Assembly: GCA_963763775.1 (NCBI GenBank)
Contig: CAVXPZ010000004.1
Location: 256,001-320,000 of the forward strand
Length of the DNA: 64,000 bases
Source: an uncultured Chloroflexia bacterium
GTDB taxonomy: Bacteria; Chloroflexota; Limnocylindria; Limnocylindrales; CSP1-4
Direction of reading: 5' to 3'
Positions 41,221 to 52,425 of this stretch are shown here, piece by piece (position 1 is the first letter of the stretch; each line of letters starts with the position of its first letter). The position numbers and the translations under genes are program-made. The notes beneath the pieces are model-generated. The model saw only the letters and a program-made list of their open reading frames with translations, made no database searches and was not told the DNA's origin.

Positions 41221-42626
41221 GCGGACGCGGACGGGTCCGAGCCGGTCGCCGATGGCGTCGGCGGGATGTTCTGGTTCGATCGGAAGAGGTTCGTCGGGTC
41301 GTATCGCGCCTTGATCGCGGCCAGGCGGTCCCAGGTCGGCCCCGGGTACGCGGCGTGGATCCGCGCCTCGCCCTCGTCGGCGACGAAGTTCACGTAGGCG
41401 GCGTCGTCTCCCTGGTACAGCGCGGCCGAGAAGTCCCGGACCCAGCGCTCCCGGACGGCCTGGTCGTCCGGGCCGTCGTAGAACGCCGCGACGTTGACCA
41501 TGATCCGGCTCGCCCGATGCGCATACGCGGTGGCATCGGCCGGGACCCGGGCGGCGGCGCCGCCGAGGACGCGCAGCTGGGCCACGCGCACGGACGCATC
41601 GGACGCCTGAAGCCACGAGAGCATCGTGTCGGCCTCGTCGGAGCCGACGTGGTCCATGTACATGGTTCGCGAGATCGCGGTCGGGTGGTAGTCCGGGTCT
41701 TCCGGGCCGTAGATCTCCGGATACCGCATCGGCCGCACCAGGTCGCCCAGGGGGGTCGCGAGCGCCCGGAACGGCGCCATCGCCGCCTCGCCGGCCTCGA
41801 CCGGCCCAAGGTGACACATGATCGCGAAGTTCACGACCTGGCCGTGGTGCTCCTCGGCCACGAATGGCATCGGCGGGCACGGCATGACGTTCGCGATCGC
41901 CGACAGGGCCTCAGGGGCGGCCTCGGCCGCCGCGATGAACCCGGCGATCGACTCCGGGGTCGCCGGCAGGATGAGGAGCCCGCCCACGACCTGGTCGATC
42001 GGGTGCAGCCGGAACTTGAACCGAGTGGCGACCCCGAAGTTGCCGCCGCCGCCGCGGATCGCCCAGAACAGGTCCGCGTTCGTCTCGGCATCGGCCATGA
42101 GGAACTCGCCGTCGGCGGTCACGATCTCGGCGGCCAGCAGGGAGTCGATGGTCAGTCCGTACGCCCGAACCAGGAATCCGACGCCGCCGCCCAGGGTGAT
42201 GCCGCCGATCCCCACCGAGCCCGTGTCGCCGAACCCGACGACGAAGCCGTGCGCATCGAGCGCCGTCGTGAGCGCCACGGCGGTGAGCCCCGTCTCCGCC
42301 CAGGCGGTCTGCGCTTCCGCGTCCACCTCGAGGCCGGTCATGTCGTGGAGGTCGAGCACGATCCCGTCATCGACGACCCCATGGCCCGAGGCGCTGTGTC
42401 CGCCGCTTCGCACGCTCAGCGGGAGGCCGCTCTCGCGCGCCAGCCCGATGACCCGCTGGACGTCGCTGACATCCGCCACGCGCACGATGACGGCGGGCCG
42501 CCGATCCATGCCGCCCAGGAAGAGCTGGCGCGCCTGGTCGTACTCGGGATCGCCCGGGGCGATCACCTGCCCGTGGATCGCCTCGCGGAGGGACGGGAGC
42601 GAGACGGCGCCGATGGTCGTGGACAT
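41217..42626 (-). CDS. FAD-binding oxidoreductase (berberine-bridge-enzyme family)
   Basis: RSGGHS, VGIGGITLGGG, DLFWAIRGGGGNFG, YVNF, KARYDPTNLF. Confidence 0.92.
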   Translation of the reverse strand: MSTTIGAVSLPSLREAIHGQVIAPGDPEYDQARQLFLGGMDRRPAVIVRVADVSDVQRVIGLARESGLPLSVRSGGHSASGHGVVDDGIVLDLHDMTGLEVDAEAQTAWAETGLTAVALTTALDAHGFVVGFGDTGSVGIGGITLGGGVGFLVRAYGLTIDSLLAAEIVTADGEFLMADAETNADLFWAIRGGGGNFGVATRFKFRLHPIDQVVGGLLILPATPESIAGFIAAAEAAPEALSAIANVMPCPPMPFVAEEHHGQVVNFAIMCHLGPVEAGEAAMAPFRALATPLGDLVRPMRYPEIYGPEDPDYHPTAISRTMYMDHVGSDEADTMLSWLQASDASVRVAQLRVLGGAAARVPADATAYAHRASRIMVNVAAFYDGPDDQAVRERWVRDFSAALYQGDDAAYVNFVADEGEARIHAAYPGPTWDRLAAIKARYDPTNLFRSNQNIPPTPSATGSDPSASA

Positions 42627-42761
42627 GCGGGCTTCCCCCTGATGCGGATGCCTCGATGGTACCGGCGGGACCACGGTCCCGCATCGGACAGGACCGTTGT
42701 CGGGCGCCTCTGGAGGTGCCGGGCGTGTACCGTGCGCGTTGTCGCCACGCAGGAGGTCGGG

Positions 42762-43424
42762 TTGTCGAGTCGTCGATCGGTCATCGCCGCGCTGGTCGTC
42801 GTCCTGGTCGTCGCGATGGTCGCCGCGTGCGACCCGGCCACGCCGTCACCTTCTCCGTCGTCGAGCGCCGGCCAGGCCGTCGCGCCATCCGCGGATACGG
42901 CCTCGGCGTCGGCCACGGCCGAGAGCAGCGAAACCGCCGCGCCGACCCCCACGCCGACGCCGGCCGGCCCGACGCCGGTCCCGACGCCCGCGCCGTGGCT
43001 CGGCTACACATCGGCACGCAACAAGTACGCCGTGTCGTATCCGCCCGATTGGATCGTCACGCCGGGGACGGCCAAGTACGCGGACCAGATCGACGACGGG
43101 GCGGCGCACTACGTCTACGTCTCACGCGACACGGTGAAGGGCACCGCGTCGCTGGCGCTGACGGTGACGCACGCCATCGCGACGATCAAGAAGCGCTACC
43201 AGGCCAAACTCGTCTCGAGCGTGAAGGCTCGCCAGGGCGGGTACCCGGGCCGGCTGCTGACGTTCACCGGCACGGACAACGGGCGGGACGTCTACATCCA
43301 GGAGCTGATCCTGGCGAAGGGCAAGGTGGCGTACTTCGTCGACATGTTCAGCGACACCGGTAACGCGAAGGCCGACAACGCGCTGTTCAAGACGATCTAC
43401 AAGACGTTCAAGCCCAAGGGCTGA
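42762..43424 (+). CDS. Lipoprotein, PsbP/Mog1-like fold
   Basis: SD GGAGG, lipobox VAAC, PT linker, YAVSYPPDW, ends KTFK. Confidence 0.65.
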   Translation: MSSRRSVIAALVVVLVVAMVAACDPATPSPSPSSSAGQAVAPSADTASASATAESSETAAPTPTPTPAGPTPVPTPAPWLGYTSARNKYAVSYPPDWIVTPGTAKYADQIDDGAAHYVYVSRDTVKGTASLALTVTHAIATIKKRYQAKLVSSVKARQGGYPGRLLTFTGTDNGRDVYIQELILAKGKVAYFVDMFSDTGNAKADNALFKTIYKTFKPKG

Positions 43425-43458
43425 CGGGGCGGGCGAGGCGCCGTCCCACGACGATGCG

Positions 43459-44800
43459 TCAGTCGGCGTGGCCGATGCGCACGTGTTCGATGCCGTCGCG
43501 GAGGGTCGCGACCGCGGCGAGGGCCCAGGATCGGGCCGCACCCTCCATCCCGCCTCGATCGTCCGGGTCCAGCCCCGTGAGGATGCGGCGATACGACTCC
43601 ACCTGGTACAGCGCCCCGACGACGAGGGCGAGGTCGCCGGCTTCCACCAGCTCGGCGGGCGCCAGGACGTCCGCCCATGCCTCGAGGTAGGCGTCGCGGA
43701 GCGCTCGTCGCGCGGCGATGTCCTTCGTCCGCGTGACGTACACGGCGAGGTCCAGGAACGGGTGGGCGACCGCGGCGTCGGACCAGTCGAAGAGCAGCGG
43801 GCCGTCCGGCGTGACCGCCACGTTCCACGGGTGGAGGTCACCGTGCAGGATCGTCGCCGGCGGGCCGATCTCGGCCAGGCGCGAGACAGGCCGCCGTGAG
43901 CGCGGGGAGCGCGGCGTCCCACTCGGCCCGCTCGGCCTCTCTGAGCTCACTCAGGAGCGGCTCGGTCGAGGCGAGGGTCGGGAGGATCGCCGCGAGGCCG
44001 TCGAGCGTCCGCACCTCGGCCCCGGCACGGACGAGCGCGTCCGTCCGCCCGCTCCACTCGCGCTGGAGACGCGCGTAGACCTGCAGCCCCGGCGCCCACG
44101 CCTCGGGTGGTTCGTCGCCGATCACGTGCGAGCCGTGGTCGCGCATCAGCAGCCAGCCCTCCGTCGGCTCGACGGCGATCACGCGGGTGACCGATCCCGG
44201 GGTGGCCGCCGCGAGGCAGGCGGTGATCGCGGCTTCATGGGGAAAGACCCTCGGGGTGGCCTTCAGGTAGACGTCACCGGAGGCGGTCGGGGCGCGAAGC
44301 ACCATCGAGATGCCCCACGTGTAGGCGACCTCCCACGGGCCGGCCGCCGGCATCCCGGCGGCCGCCAGGCGTTGGACTGCCCAGGCCGTCACCCGTGCGA
44401 ACCAGCCGGGATGCGCCCACGCCGGATCGTCGGGCGTCGGGCCGTTGACGCGCCGCTGGATCCATCGGGGGAGGATCGTCCGAAGCTCGACCGGCTCGAG
44501 CGCCTCCACGGGCAGGGCGAGGCGATCGGTCCACGCGAGACCGACCGGAGCTTCGGGCCCGATGGTCTCGAGATCCACCACCACGAGGGTCGCCTCACCG
44601 GTCGAGTCCGTTCGTGCATAGCCGACGCGGAGCACGGGAGGCACCGATCCCAACAGGTCGCCGATCGCCGCGAGTGCCGCCGGCAGCTGGAACTCGCCGT
44701 CCACCACGGTCGTGGGGAGCGACGCCAGATCGTCCGCCCTCGTCAGGAGGTCCGGTCGCTCGGGATGCGGGACGAGGACGACGATCTCACACCGTGGCAT
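43459..44800 (-). CDS. Aminoglycoside phosphotransferase (APH)-family kinase (frameshift ~43880)
   Basis: WAHPGW, VYLKA, LHGDLHPWNV, FDWSDA..HPFLDL. Confidence 0.8.
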
Positions 44801-44858
44801 CGGCGCATGGTACCGGCGCCCTGTGCGACCCCGTGCGTCTCGTCGGTCGGATGCCCGG

Positions 44859-46351
44859 CTACGAGGCGGGAGGAGCCGGCGGGGTCGGCGGGGTGAAGGT
44901 CGAGGCGCTGGGCCATGAGGTCGGCGACCTGCGTCTGGCCGTCGTAGGCCGCGTCGCCGGCCGTGCCGCTCGTCTGGATGGTCAGGGTGCCGCCGTCGCC
45001 GTAGTCGATGATGTACGAGTAGAGGGTGGTCCCGACCGGCGTCCCGCTCTCGGCCGCGGTCGAGGTCGCCTCGACGAGCGTGGCCTGGAGACCGGACACC
45101 GTCGCCTCGACGGTCTGCACGACGTCCCAGTTCGCGGGGTCCGTGGCGGCGGCGACCGCGTCGTCGTACGAGGCGACGTCCGGCTTCACGGTGATCGCCG
45201 ACGTCCGGGCTCGCTGCCATCGGACGGCACGGTGATGGGGTTCGGGTCGAAGTATCGGCAGGCGGCGGCCGGCGGCTCCGACACGGTGTGCCACGAGGAC
45301 GGGTAGACGATCGACGCGAGCTGCGCGCCGCTCGGGCTGCTGACCGTGCAGCTGGATGCCGGCGGCGTGGACGGCAGCGGCGGCAGGGTCGGTGCCGGCG
45401 TGGGCTTCGGCGTCGGGGTCGGCGTGGGCTTGGGCGTCGGCGCCGGGGTGTCGGTCGGCTTCGGCGTGGCGCTCCCTGAGGGCTTGGCCGACGGACTCGC
45501 CGTGGGCTTCGGCGTCGGGGTCGGGGTGGGCTTCGCCGTCGGCTCGGCCGACGGGACCGGCGGGACGGAGGCCTCCGCCTCGGCCCGCGGCCTGGTCATC
45601 GCGACGATGACCTCGTCGTTCCGGTCACGCAGCACCACGGCGAGCCCGCGCGCCTCGATGAAGGCGGCGCCCTCGAGCGCCTGGAGAAAGGCGGACTCCT
45701 GGGTCATCACGTCGTCGGCGCACGTCTGGCGCGTCGTCGCGAGCCGGCTGATCTTCACGATCGTGCCGTTGGTCCCATAGATGCCGTCATACGTGTTGCA
45801 GCCGCTCGAGCCGCCGACGTTCGTGATCCCGAAGACGGCCGTCAGCTCGGTGCCACTGATCGGGATCGTCTGGGAACCCGGCGTCGTCGCGAACGAGTCG
45901 ACGTTCCACTTCCCGAGCAGCGGGTTCTGTGGCGCGGCGTCGAAGACGAGCAGGACCTGGGCGCCGGCGCCGAAGATCGTGAGCACACCGTCACGGATGC
46001 CGAAGAAGCGGCTCTCGTGGAGCGTCGTCAGATAGGTCGACTCGAACGTCATCGAGATGTCGTCGCAGGCCTTCTGCGTGGCGTGGACCTGCGAGATCAG
46101 CAGGGTCCGGCCGCTGGCGCGAGCGAGCGCGCCGTAGTCATTGCAGCCGGCGAACCCGTCGACGCGATCGCCCGGTGAACTTGGCGTCCGCGTACAGCGC
46201 CTCGGGCACGATCTCGAGCGTCCCGCCGTTGGCGTACGACCGCAGGACCCAGTTCGTCCCCTGCGAGCTCGCCGCCGGATCCGGCGCCGGGCGAACACGC
46301 CACGACGCCGAGGGCGAGACCGATCAGGACCGCGAGCCACCGGATCCGCAT
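44859..46351 (-). CDS. Tandem META-domain lipoprotein with PT-rich linker (frameshifts)
   Basis: Lipobox VVAC; two GFAGCNDY / GSSGCNTY..T..C META motifs. Confidence 0.75.
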
Positions 46352-46352
46352 G

Positions 46353-46616
46353 TCAGGCGGACTTGCTGCCGACGTACAGGGCGAACAGCCGGAGGGCGTA
46401 GCCGAAGCCGGCGACGACGAACGAGAGGAAGATCGGCACGCCGATCGCGCCCGCCGAGATCGCGAAGGCTTCGAAGAGGTTGAACGCCGGGCGCTGGGCC
46501 AGGTCGATCCACCAGAGGACGCCCGCGACCAGCGAGTAGATCACGAAGATCCATCCGACATACACGAAGAACGTCCCGATGGACGCCAGGCGGCGGACAT
46601 CGTTCATGAGGTCCAT
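46353..46616 (-). CDS. Small two-TM membrane protein
   Basis: SD GGAGG, two hydrophobic helices, 87 aa. Confidence 0.7.
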   Translation of the reverse strand: MDLMNDVRRLASIGTFFVYVGWIFVIYSLVAGVLWWIDLAQRPAFNLFEAFAISAGAIGVPIFLSFVVAGFGYALRLFALYVGSKSA

Positions 46617-46709
46617 GGGGATCCTCCTGCGGCAAGCGGTGTGAGACCCATCGAACCACGGGGCGTCAATGCCCCCATCACCCGGACGGGATGAAATCGC
46701 CCGTCCGGC

Positions 46710-48497
46710 CTAGCGGAGGACCTGGTAGACCACCTTCACGCGGACCTTGTAGACGTAGTAGACGCCGCCGGCCGCCGACACCACGCCGCGGACCACGCGA
46801 CCGCTGCGGTTGGCCGTGATGCTGCCACCCGTGCTGTACCACTTCGTCCCGCTGCCGCCGATCGTTCTGACGCGGTCGAAGCAGCCGAGGTCCCAGGAGT
46901 GCGCGACGTAGGCGCACCACGCGAAGTCCTGCATCCCGATGGCGCTCGACGGAGCCGTCTTCGGGCCCTTCGCGTAGACCTGGAAGGAGAGGGACTTGTA
47001 CCGCGTCGCGCTCGGGATCGAGAACTGATACCCGACGTTCTTGATGACGGACCGCGCGTCCAGCTTGGCGTACCCCGACTTCGACACAAGGATGGGGCTG
47101 CTTTGTGCTGAGATCGACCGGCCCGCCTTCGTGACGTAGGTCGTCTTGGTCACGAGCTTCTTCTGGCTCAGCGTCGTGTACTTGGTCACGACGAGCGTGT
47201 TGCCCGAGCCGTCGTGCAGGGTCTGGACGACCTTGTAGCGACCCGACGCGAGCATCGTGCCCGCCGAGTTGCGGCCGGACCAGCCGTAGCTGTAGGCGCC
47301 GCTGCCCAGCGCGATCGACGTCGACAGCACGCGCTTGTTGCTCGAGTTGTACGCGCGGATGACGACGCTGATGGGCTCGTTGCGCATCCCGCCGATCAGC
47401 ACCTTGTCCCGGTAGCCGTCCTTCGCCGGGTAGAAGGTCGTCACGTCGATCGACACGCCGGTGGCGTCCACGGCGGTGTCCGGGACATCGGTCACGTCGA
47501 TGACGACCTGGGTGCTCGTCGAGGTCAGCACGCCGGCATTCCCCGAGTAGACGGCCTCGTAGGTGTATGACCCGGTGGCCAGGCCGCTGCCGAGGTCGCA
47601 GGTCGTCCCGGACGTATCGACGGGGACGTCCTGGCAGTCCGGACCGCCGCCGGCCACGGCATTGAAGTCGATGGTGGCGCCGGCGTCGTAACCGGCCGGC
47701 GCCGTGACGTCCGCGGTGAGGACCGCGTCGCTCCCGACCACGATCGTGCCGGGTCCGCTGAGGGACACCGATGACGGCTGGGGATCGTCCGGCACCGCCA
47801 CGATGTCGAACGAGAACGGGTCGCTGACCGAGCTGACGGCGGCGTCGTTGCCGGAGTAGGTCGCCGTATAGGTGTACGGGCCGACCGCCAGGCCGCTCCC
47901 GAGGTCGCACAGGGTGCCGGACGTGTCCACGTCGACGTCCGTGCAGTCCGGTCCCCCGCCGGCGGTCGCGTGGAAGGTGATCTTCGCCCCGACCTGGTAG
48001 CCGGCGTTCGCGACGACATCCGCCGTCAGCGTCACGTCATCGCCGGCGAAGGCCGAGGACGGGCCGGTGATCGTCGTCGATGAGGGACCGGGCGTCGGCG
48101 GGGGCGGTGCCACGGCGACGACGTCGAAGGTCAGCGGATCGCTCGGCGGCGACGGATCGGCGATCGAGTTGCCGGAGTACGTCGCCTCGAAGGTATACGA
48201 GCCGACCGCGAGGCTGGAGCCGAGGTGGCAGACCGTCCCCGAGGTGTCCACGGCGGCCGTGCAATCGGGCATGGCGTCCGAGGTCTCGTGGAACGTGACG
48301 ATCGCGCCCTCGGTGTCGTAGCCGGGGTCGGCCGTGATCGTCGCCGTCAGCTGGACGTCCGTGCCTTCATCGACATCGGCGACCGGACCGGCGAGCGTGA
48401 CGGACGACGGCGTCCCGGCGAACGCGACGGAGGCGGGGAGCAGGCTCGCGAGCAACACGAGCGTGACGAGGCCGGCGGTGATCCTGGCGCGACGCAC
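46710..48497 (-). CDS. Secreted Ig-like (Big) repeat protein with FlgD-Ig-like domain
   Basis: Three repeats with C..C and YTxxATYSGN; FYPAKDGYRD..WSGRNSAG..SGRY. Confidence 0.8.
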   Translation of the reverse strand: MRRARITAGLVTLVLLASLLPASVAFAGTPSSVTLAGPVADVDEGTDVQLTATITADPGYDTEGAIVTFHETSDAMPDCTAAVDTSGTVCHLGSSLAVGSYTFEATYSGNSIADPSPPSDPLTFDVVAVAPPPPTPGPSSTTITGPSSAFAGDDVTLTADVVANAGYQVGAKITFHATAGGGPDCTDVDVDTSGTLCDLGSGLAVGPYTYTATYSGNDAAVSSVSDPFSFDIVAVPDDPQPSSVSLSGPGTIVVGSDAVLTADVTAPAGYDAGATIDFNAVAGGGPDCQDVPVDTSGTTCDLGSGLATGSYTYEAVYSGNAGVLTSTSTQVVIDVTDVPDTAVDATGVSIDVTTFYPAKDGYRDKVLIGGMRNEPISVVIRAYNSSNKRVLSTSIALGSGAYSYGWSGRNSAGTMLASGRYKVVQTLHDGSGNTLVVTKYTTLSQKKLVTKTTYVTKAGRSISAQSSPILVSKSGYAKLDARSVIKNVGYQFSIPSATRYKSLSFQVYAKGPKTAPSSAIGMQDFAWCAYVAHSWDLGCFDRVRTIGGSGTKWYSTGGSITANRSGRVVRGVVSAAGGVYYVYKVRVKVVYQVLR

Positions 48498-48633
48498 GAA
48501 TCCCTCGATTCAGGTTGGGCCGACACGCCCGGTCGTCCGAGCCCCCGGAGCCTATCGTCGGGACGACGCCGCCACAATCGAGACGAACGGGTCATCCGCG
48601 GCAGTACCCCTTGCGTCGACGCACCGGGCCGCG

Positions 48634-49515
48634 CTAGGGCGACGCCCACATCCCGAGGCCCTCGTCGCGGGCCTGCGCCTGCGCGGCGACCAGGTCGTCG
48701 ACGTATCGCACGTCCGGCGGGAACGTCGTCACGTTCGCGAGCCCGTCGCGGACCAGCTCGAGCCCGACGAGGACGAGGTGGCCGTCGCGCTCGACCCATA
48801 CGTCGCGCAACAGCCGCCCGAACCGGTCGGTGTCGGAGACGTCCTTCTCCAGTGTCACCGCCTTCCCGTCGACGAGGCGGCGATTCGCGGCGGCGGCCTC
48901 CTCTGCGAAGGGCTGGACCGGCGTGTCGGGCTTGACCGACTCCGGCGTGTCCATGCCGATGTACCGCAGCCGATAGGACTTGCCCCGGATCTCGACGATG
49001 ACGGTGTCGCCGTCGACGACGCGGGTGATCGTGGCGGCAGTGGTCGGGCCGGTCGGCCGGTCGGGCCGGTCGGCCCGGTCGGCCCGGTCGGCGGGTGCGA
49101 GCTGGCCGCGTCCGATGTGCGTCGCGGCGGACGTCGCGGACACGGCTCCGGGGTCGGTCTCGGCCGGTCTCGCGGGGGTCGTCGTGGGGGCGGCCGCTCC
49201 GGCGCCGCGACCGCCCAGGAGGGCCAGGGCCAGCAACCCGACGATGACCACGGCGGCCACGGCGATGACCCGGACGACCCACGGGCCCTGCACCGGGCGA
49301 CGCGGGCCAGGATCGCCGGCGTCCTGGTGGCGGTCGCCGACGGCGCGAAGTCCGGGCGTCACGTCACCGGGATCGACGACCCGCGGCTCCGGATGGTCGC
49401 CTTCGCCGAGCGGCGTCGTCCGCCAGCGATCCCCGACGTAGAACCCGCACGACCAGCAGTAGTCGGGCTGATCGTGCAGCGGGACGCCACATCGAGGACA
49501 GACCGGGTCCGGCAC
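48634..49515 (-). CDS. Zinc-ribbon + TM + thermonuclease (SNase)
   Basis: CPRCG..CWSCG; RVVDGDT, RYIGMDTPE, DRFGRLL, GLGMW. Confidence 0.88.
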   Translation of the reverse strand: MPDPVCPRCGVPLHDQPDYCWSCGFYVGDRWRTTPLGEGDHPEPRVVDPGDVTPGLRAVGDRHQDAGDPGPRRPVQGPWVVRVIAVAAVVIVGLLALALLGGRGAGAAAPTTTPARPAETDPGAVSATSAATHIGRGQLAPADRADRADRPDRPTGPTTAATITRVVDGDTVIVEIRGKSYRLRYIGMDTPESVKPDTPVQPFAEEAAAANRRLVDGKAVTLEKDVSDTDRFGRLLRDVWVERDGHLVLVGLELVRDGLANVTTFPPDVRYVDDLVAAQAQARDEGLGMWASP

Positions 49516-49602
49516 GCGGGCAGCCTAGCAGGGGGTCATCGACCGAGGGTCCCGCCCCCGGGCGGGCACGCAACGGTGTCCTCGCCAAGGCGTCGGCGGA
49601 GG

Positions 49603-50835
49603 CTAGGGGCCGGTCGCCCCCTGCAGCGAGAAGGACCAGTCCGAGCAGGTCGACGTGATCGTCAATACCGCCTCGGTGAAGCCGATCCGTTCGGTGCGCT
49701 GCCCGGAGCGCTGCTCGCTCGGCTTGACGGTGATCGTGCCGCTCAGGGGATCCCCGCTGGCCGGCTCGAGGCGCCAGTCCAGCGCACACCCACGGGTCAC
49801 CGTCGACCCGAGCTCCCAGTGCACGACGACCTGCGGGTCACCGAAACCCACGGATCGCCAGCTGTAGATGCCGGCGGCGCCGCGCAGGGTCGTGGGGGCG
49901 GAGCCGTAGACCGTCACCGGGTCGATGCCGACCAGCCGCGGGAGCGCGGTCCCGGCGGGTGCGGGCGTGGCGCCCGTCACCGGCAGCGGCGGCGCGCTCC
50001 AGATCCCGAGGGCGCCGGTCTGCGCCGTCTGCTGGGCGGCGGCGAGCCGTGCCTGGTACTTGAGGTCCGGGGCGACGGCGTCGACCCGGGCGAGACCTTG
50101 CCCGACCAGCTGCAGCCCGACCAGCGTCATCACGCCGTCCTGCTCGACCCAGACGTCGCGGAGGAGCTGGCCGTGGGCATCGGTGTCGGTCTGCTCCCGC
50201 TCGAGGACCACGTTCGCGCTGCTCACGAGTCGGCGGTTCGCGTCGGCCGCCTCACGGCCCATGAACTCCACCGGCTGGTCGACGCTCACCGACGCCGGCG
50301 CATCGATGCCGAGGTACCGGACACGATATTCCGTGCCCTCGACCGAGACGATGATCGTGTCGCCGTCGACGACCCGCGTGACGGTGGCCTTCGTCGTCGG
50401 ACCCGTCGGGGCGAAGATCGGCGTGGCGGTCGGCGAGGCGCTCGGGAGGACGGCCGCCGGCACGATCGCGCCAGCCTCCGCCGCGGCGGACGGCGCCGAC
50501 GAGCCCGACCCGGTCACGGCGGTCGTGACGCCGTTGCCGGCACCGAGCGCCAGAAGCCCGACCACGGCGATGCCGAGAACGGCGGCGGCCCCGATGGGGA
50601 TGTACCGGCGCCACCTGCGGCTGTCCGCCCGGCCCGCTTGGCGCGCGGTGCCGGCCGCCCGCGTCGCCGACGGGGAGGCGCCAGGATCGACCGTCGATCG
50701 AGCATACGGCCCGAGCGGCAGCTCGCCGCGGGCGTCGAGCTCGTCGTAGTCGAGCCCGCACGCGAGGCAGTACCGGAAAAGGGCGACTCTGTGTGTCCCG
50801 CAATCGGGGCAGAACTCGTCGAGCAATGCGACCAA
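49603..50835 (-). CDS. Zinc-ribbon + TM + thermonuclease + extra C-terminal domain
   Basis: CPDCG..CLACG; RVVDGDT, RYLGIDAP, ALGIW; start uncertain. Confidence 0.82.
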   Translation of the reverse strand: MVALLDEFCPDCGTHRVALFRYCLACGLDYDELDARGELPLGPYARSTVDPGASPSATRAAGTARQAGRADSRRWRRYIPIGAAAVLGIAVVGLLALGAGNGVTTAVTGSGSSAPSAAAEAGAIVPAAVLPSASPTATPIFAPTGPTTKATVTRVVDGDTIIVSVEGTEYRVRYLGIDAPASVSVDQPVEFMGREAADANRRLVSSANVVLEREQTDTDAHGQLLRDVWVEQDGVMTLVGLQLVGQGLARVDAVAPDLKYQARLAAAQQTAQTGALGIWSAPPLPVTGATPAPAGTALPRLVGIDPVTVYGSAPTTLRGAAGIYSWRSVGFGDPQVVVHWELGSTVTRGCALDWRLEPASGDPLSGTITVKPSEQRSGQRTERIGFTEAVLTITSTCSDWSFSLQGATGP

Positions 50836-51047
50836 CCTTGCCGGTCCGACCCTGCCCGTGTGGCCGCGTACGCGCGCGACCCCTCCTGACCGGGCGGGCC
50901 AGCCGGATTCACGACTCTACCGCTCCCCAGACCATGGTCAATCTGGCGGGGCGGACCGGGACGATATTCTGGTGCGCCGCGACAACCCACGCAAGGGCCA
51001 CGCAGACCGCCGTCAACAGGCCGATCGCCAACGAGGTGCACGCCGTC

Positions 51048-51422
51048 ATGAGTTACCTGGTCGACTTCGATGAACTGCCCCGGATCGACGTGTGGGGCGA
51101 GACGGTCCGGGCCAGGGCGGTCGATGGCGCGAGGTGTTCGCTGGCCCTCGTGGAGCTCGCCCCGGGCGCGCTCGTACCCGAGCACCGCCACCACAACGAG
51201 CAGATGGGCACCGTGCTCCTCGGCAGCATCACCTTCACGGTCGACGACGAGACGCGGACGCTGACCCGAGGCGGGACGTGGCGGATCCCCTCGGACCATC
51301 CGCACCATGCGGTCGCCGGCCCCGACGGCGCCCTCGTCATCGACATCTTCTCGCCCACTCGCGATGACTGGGACACGCTCCCGCATGGCGATCCGCACCC
51401 CGTCCCGTGGCCCGACCGGTGA
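51048..51422 (+). CDS. Cupin domain protein
   Basis: PEHRHHNEQ, IPSDHPH, DIFSPTRDDW. Confidence 0.88.
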   Translation: MSYLVDFDELPRIDVWGETVRARAVDGARCSLALVELAPGALVPEHRHHNEQMGTVLLGSITFTVDDETRTLTRGGTWRIPSDHPHHAVAGPDGALVIDIFSPTRDDWDTLPHGDPHPVPWPDR

Positions 51423-51495
51423 GGTCGCGAGGCCGAATCGTCGACCCGTGGCAGACTGACACCGCACGACGGCGTCGACCGGTCGTCAACGGAGG

Positions 51496-52422
51496 GTGTC
51501 GGTGGGCGAACAGGGAACCCAGTCGGACGGAGATATGACGACCGACGACGGTCCGGCGGTCGATCCCGCCGAAGGCTACGTGCCGGGCCTGACGCCGGAC
51601 CCGACCTCCACCCGGAAGGCGTCGGCGCCGCGCCCACCGACCACGCGCACCCCCACGCCGCGCATGCCCGGGTCGACGCCGCCCCGCAGCGCGGGGTACT
51701 GGCCAGCGGTCGCGATCATCGCGATCGTGGTCGCAACGGCGGGCTGGACGACGGTCGCCGTGATGGCCCTCAACAACAACGACAACGGCGGGAGCGCGGC
51801 CGCACTGGAGACGCCTGCCGCGTCGGACGCCGTCGTGGACCCGAACGCGAGTGATGACCCCGGGACGGACTTCAGCGACGCGCCGGTCGATGACAGCCAC
51901 GACGCGCCGGATCTCGAAGCGCTGCTCCCGACCGCGATCGGCGACACCGCGCTCAGCCTCCAGAGCTGGACCGGCGATTCGCTCCTCACCGCGGGCGACC
52001 CGTGGAGTGATTCCGTCACGGCATTCCTGACGACGGTCGGCAAGACCCCGGCCGACCTGAGCGCCGCCCAGGCGTTCGATGCCACGGAGGCCACGGACCA
52101 CAGCGTCGGCGTCTTCCGCCTCGATGGCGTTCCGACCAAGGCCCTCCGAGACGCGATGATCGCGGCCTGGAAGGAGAGCTACCCGGACCTCAAGGTCTCC
52201 ACGATCAAGCTCGACGGCACCGAGGTCACGAAGGGCGACTTCGGGCAGGACGCGATCGACAGCTACTGGTACGAGAAGGACGGGCTCGTCTACGACATCG
52301 AGACCTCGGACGAGAAGGTCGCGACGACGCTGGTCACCGGCATCCGGGACGGCACGCTCCCCACCGGGACCCCGGCCGCGGCCGGCTCCGAAGCGCCGTC
52401 CGAGTCGCCCGCGCCGAGCTGA
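51496..52422 (+). CDS. Hypothetical membrane-anchored protein
   Basis: Single TM (WPAVAIIAIVVATAGW), HDAPDLEALLP extracellular domain. Confidence 0.7.
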   Translation: MSVGEQGTQSDGDMTTDDGPAVDPAEGYVPGLTPDPTSTRKASAPRPPTTRTPTPRMPGSTPPRSAGYWPAVAIIAIVVATAGWTTVAVMALNNNDNGGSAAALETPAASDAVVDPNASDDPGTDFSDAPVDDSHDAPDLEALLPTAIGDTALSLQSWTGDSLLTAGDPWSDSVTAFLTTVGKTPADLSAAQAFDATEATDHSVGVFRLDGVPTKALRDAMIAAWKESYPDLKVSTIKLDGTEVTKGDFGQDAIDSYWYEKDGLVYDIETSDEKVATTLVTGIRDGTLPTGTPAAAGSEAPSESPAPS

Positions 52423-52425
52423 GGC

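Noticed and set aside
49041-49095. Tandem CCGGTCGG(C/G) repeat as a CRISPR or VNTR
   Set aside because: 9-bp units with no spacers; they encode a Pro-Thr-Gly-type linker inside the thermonuclease gene.
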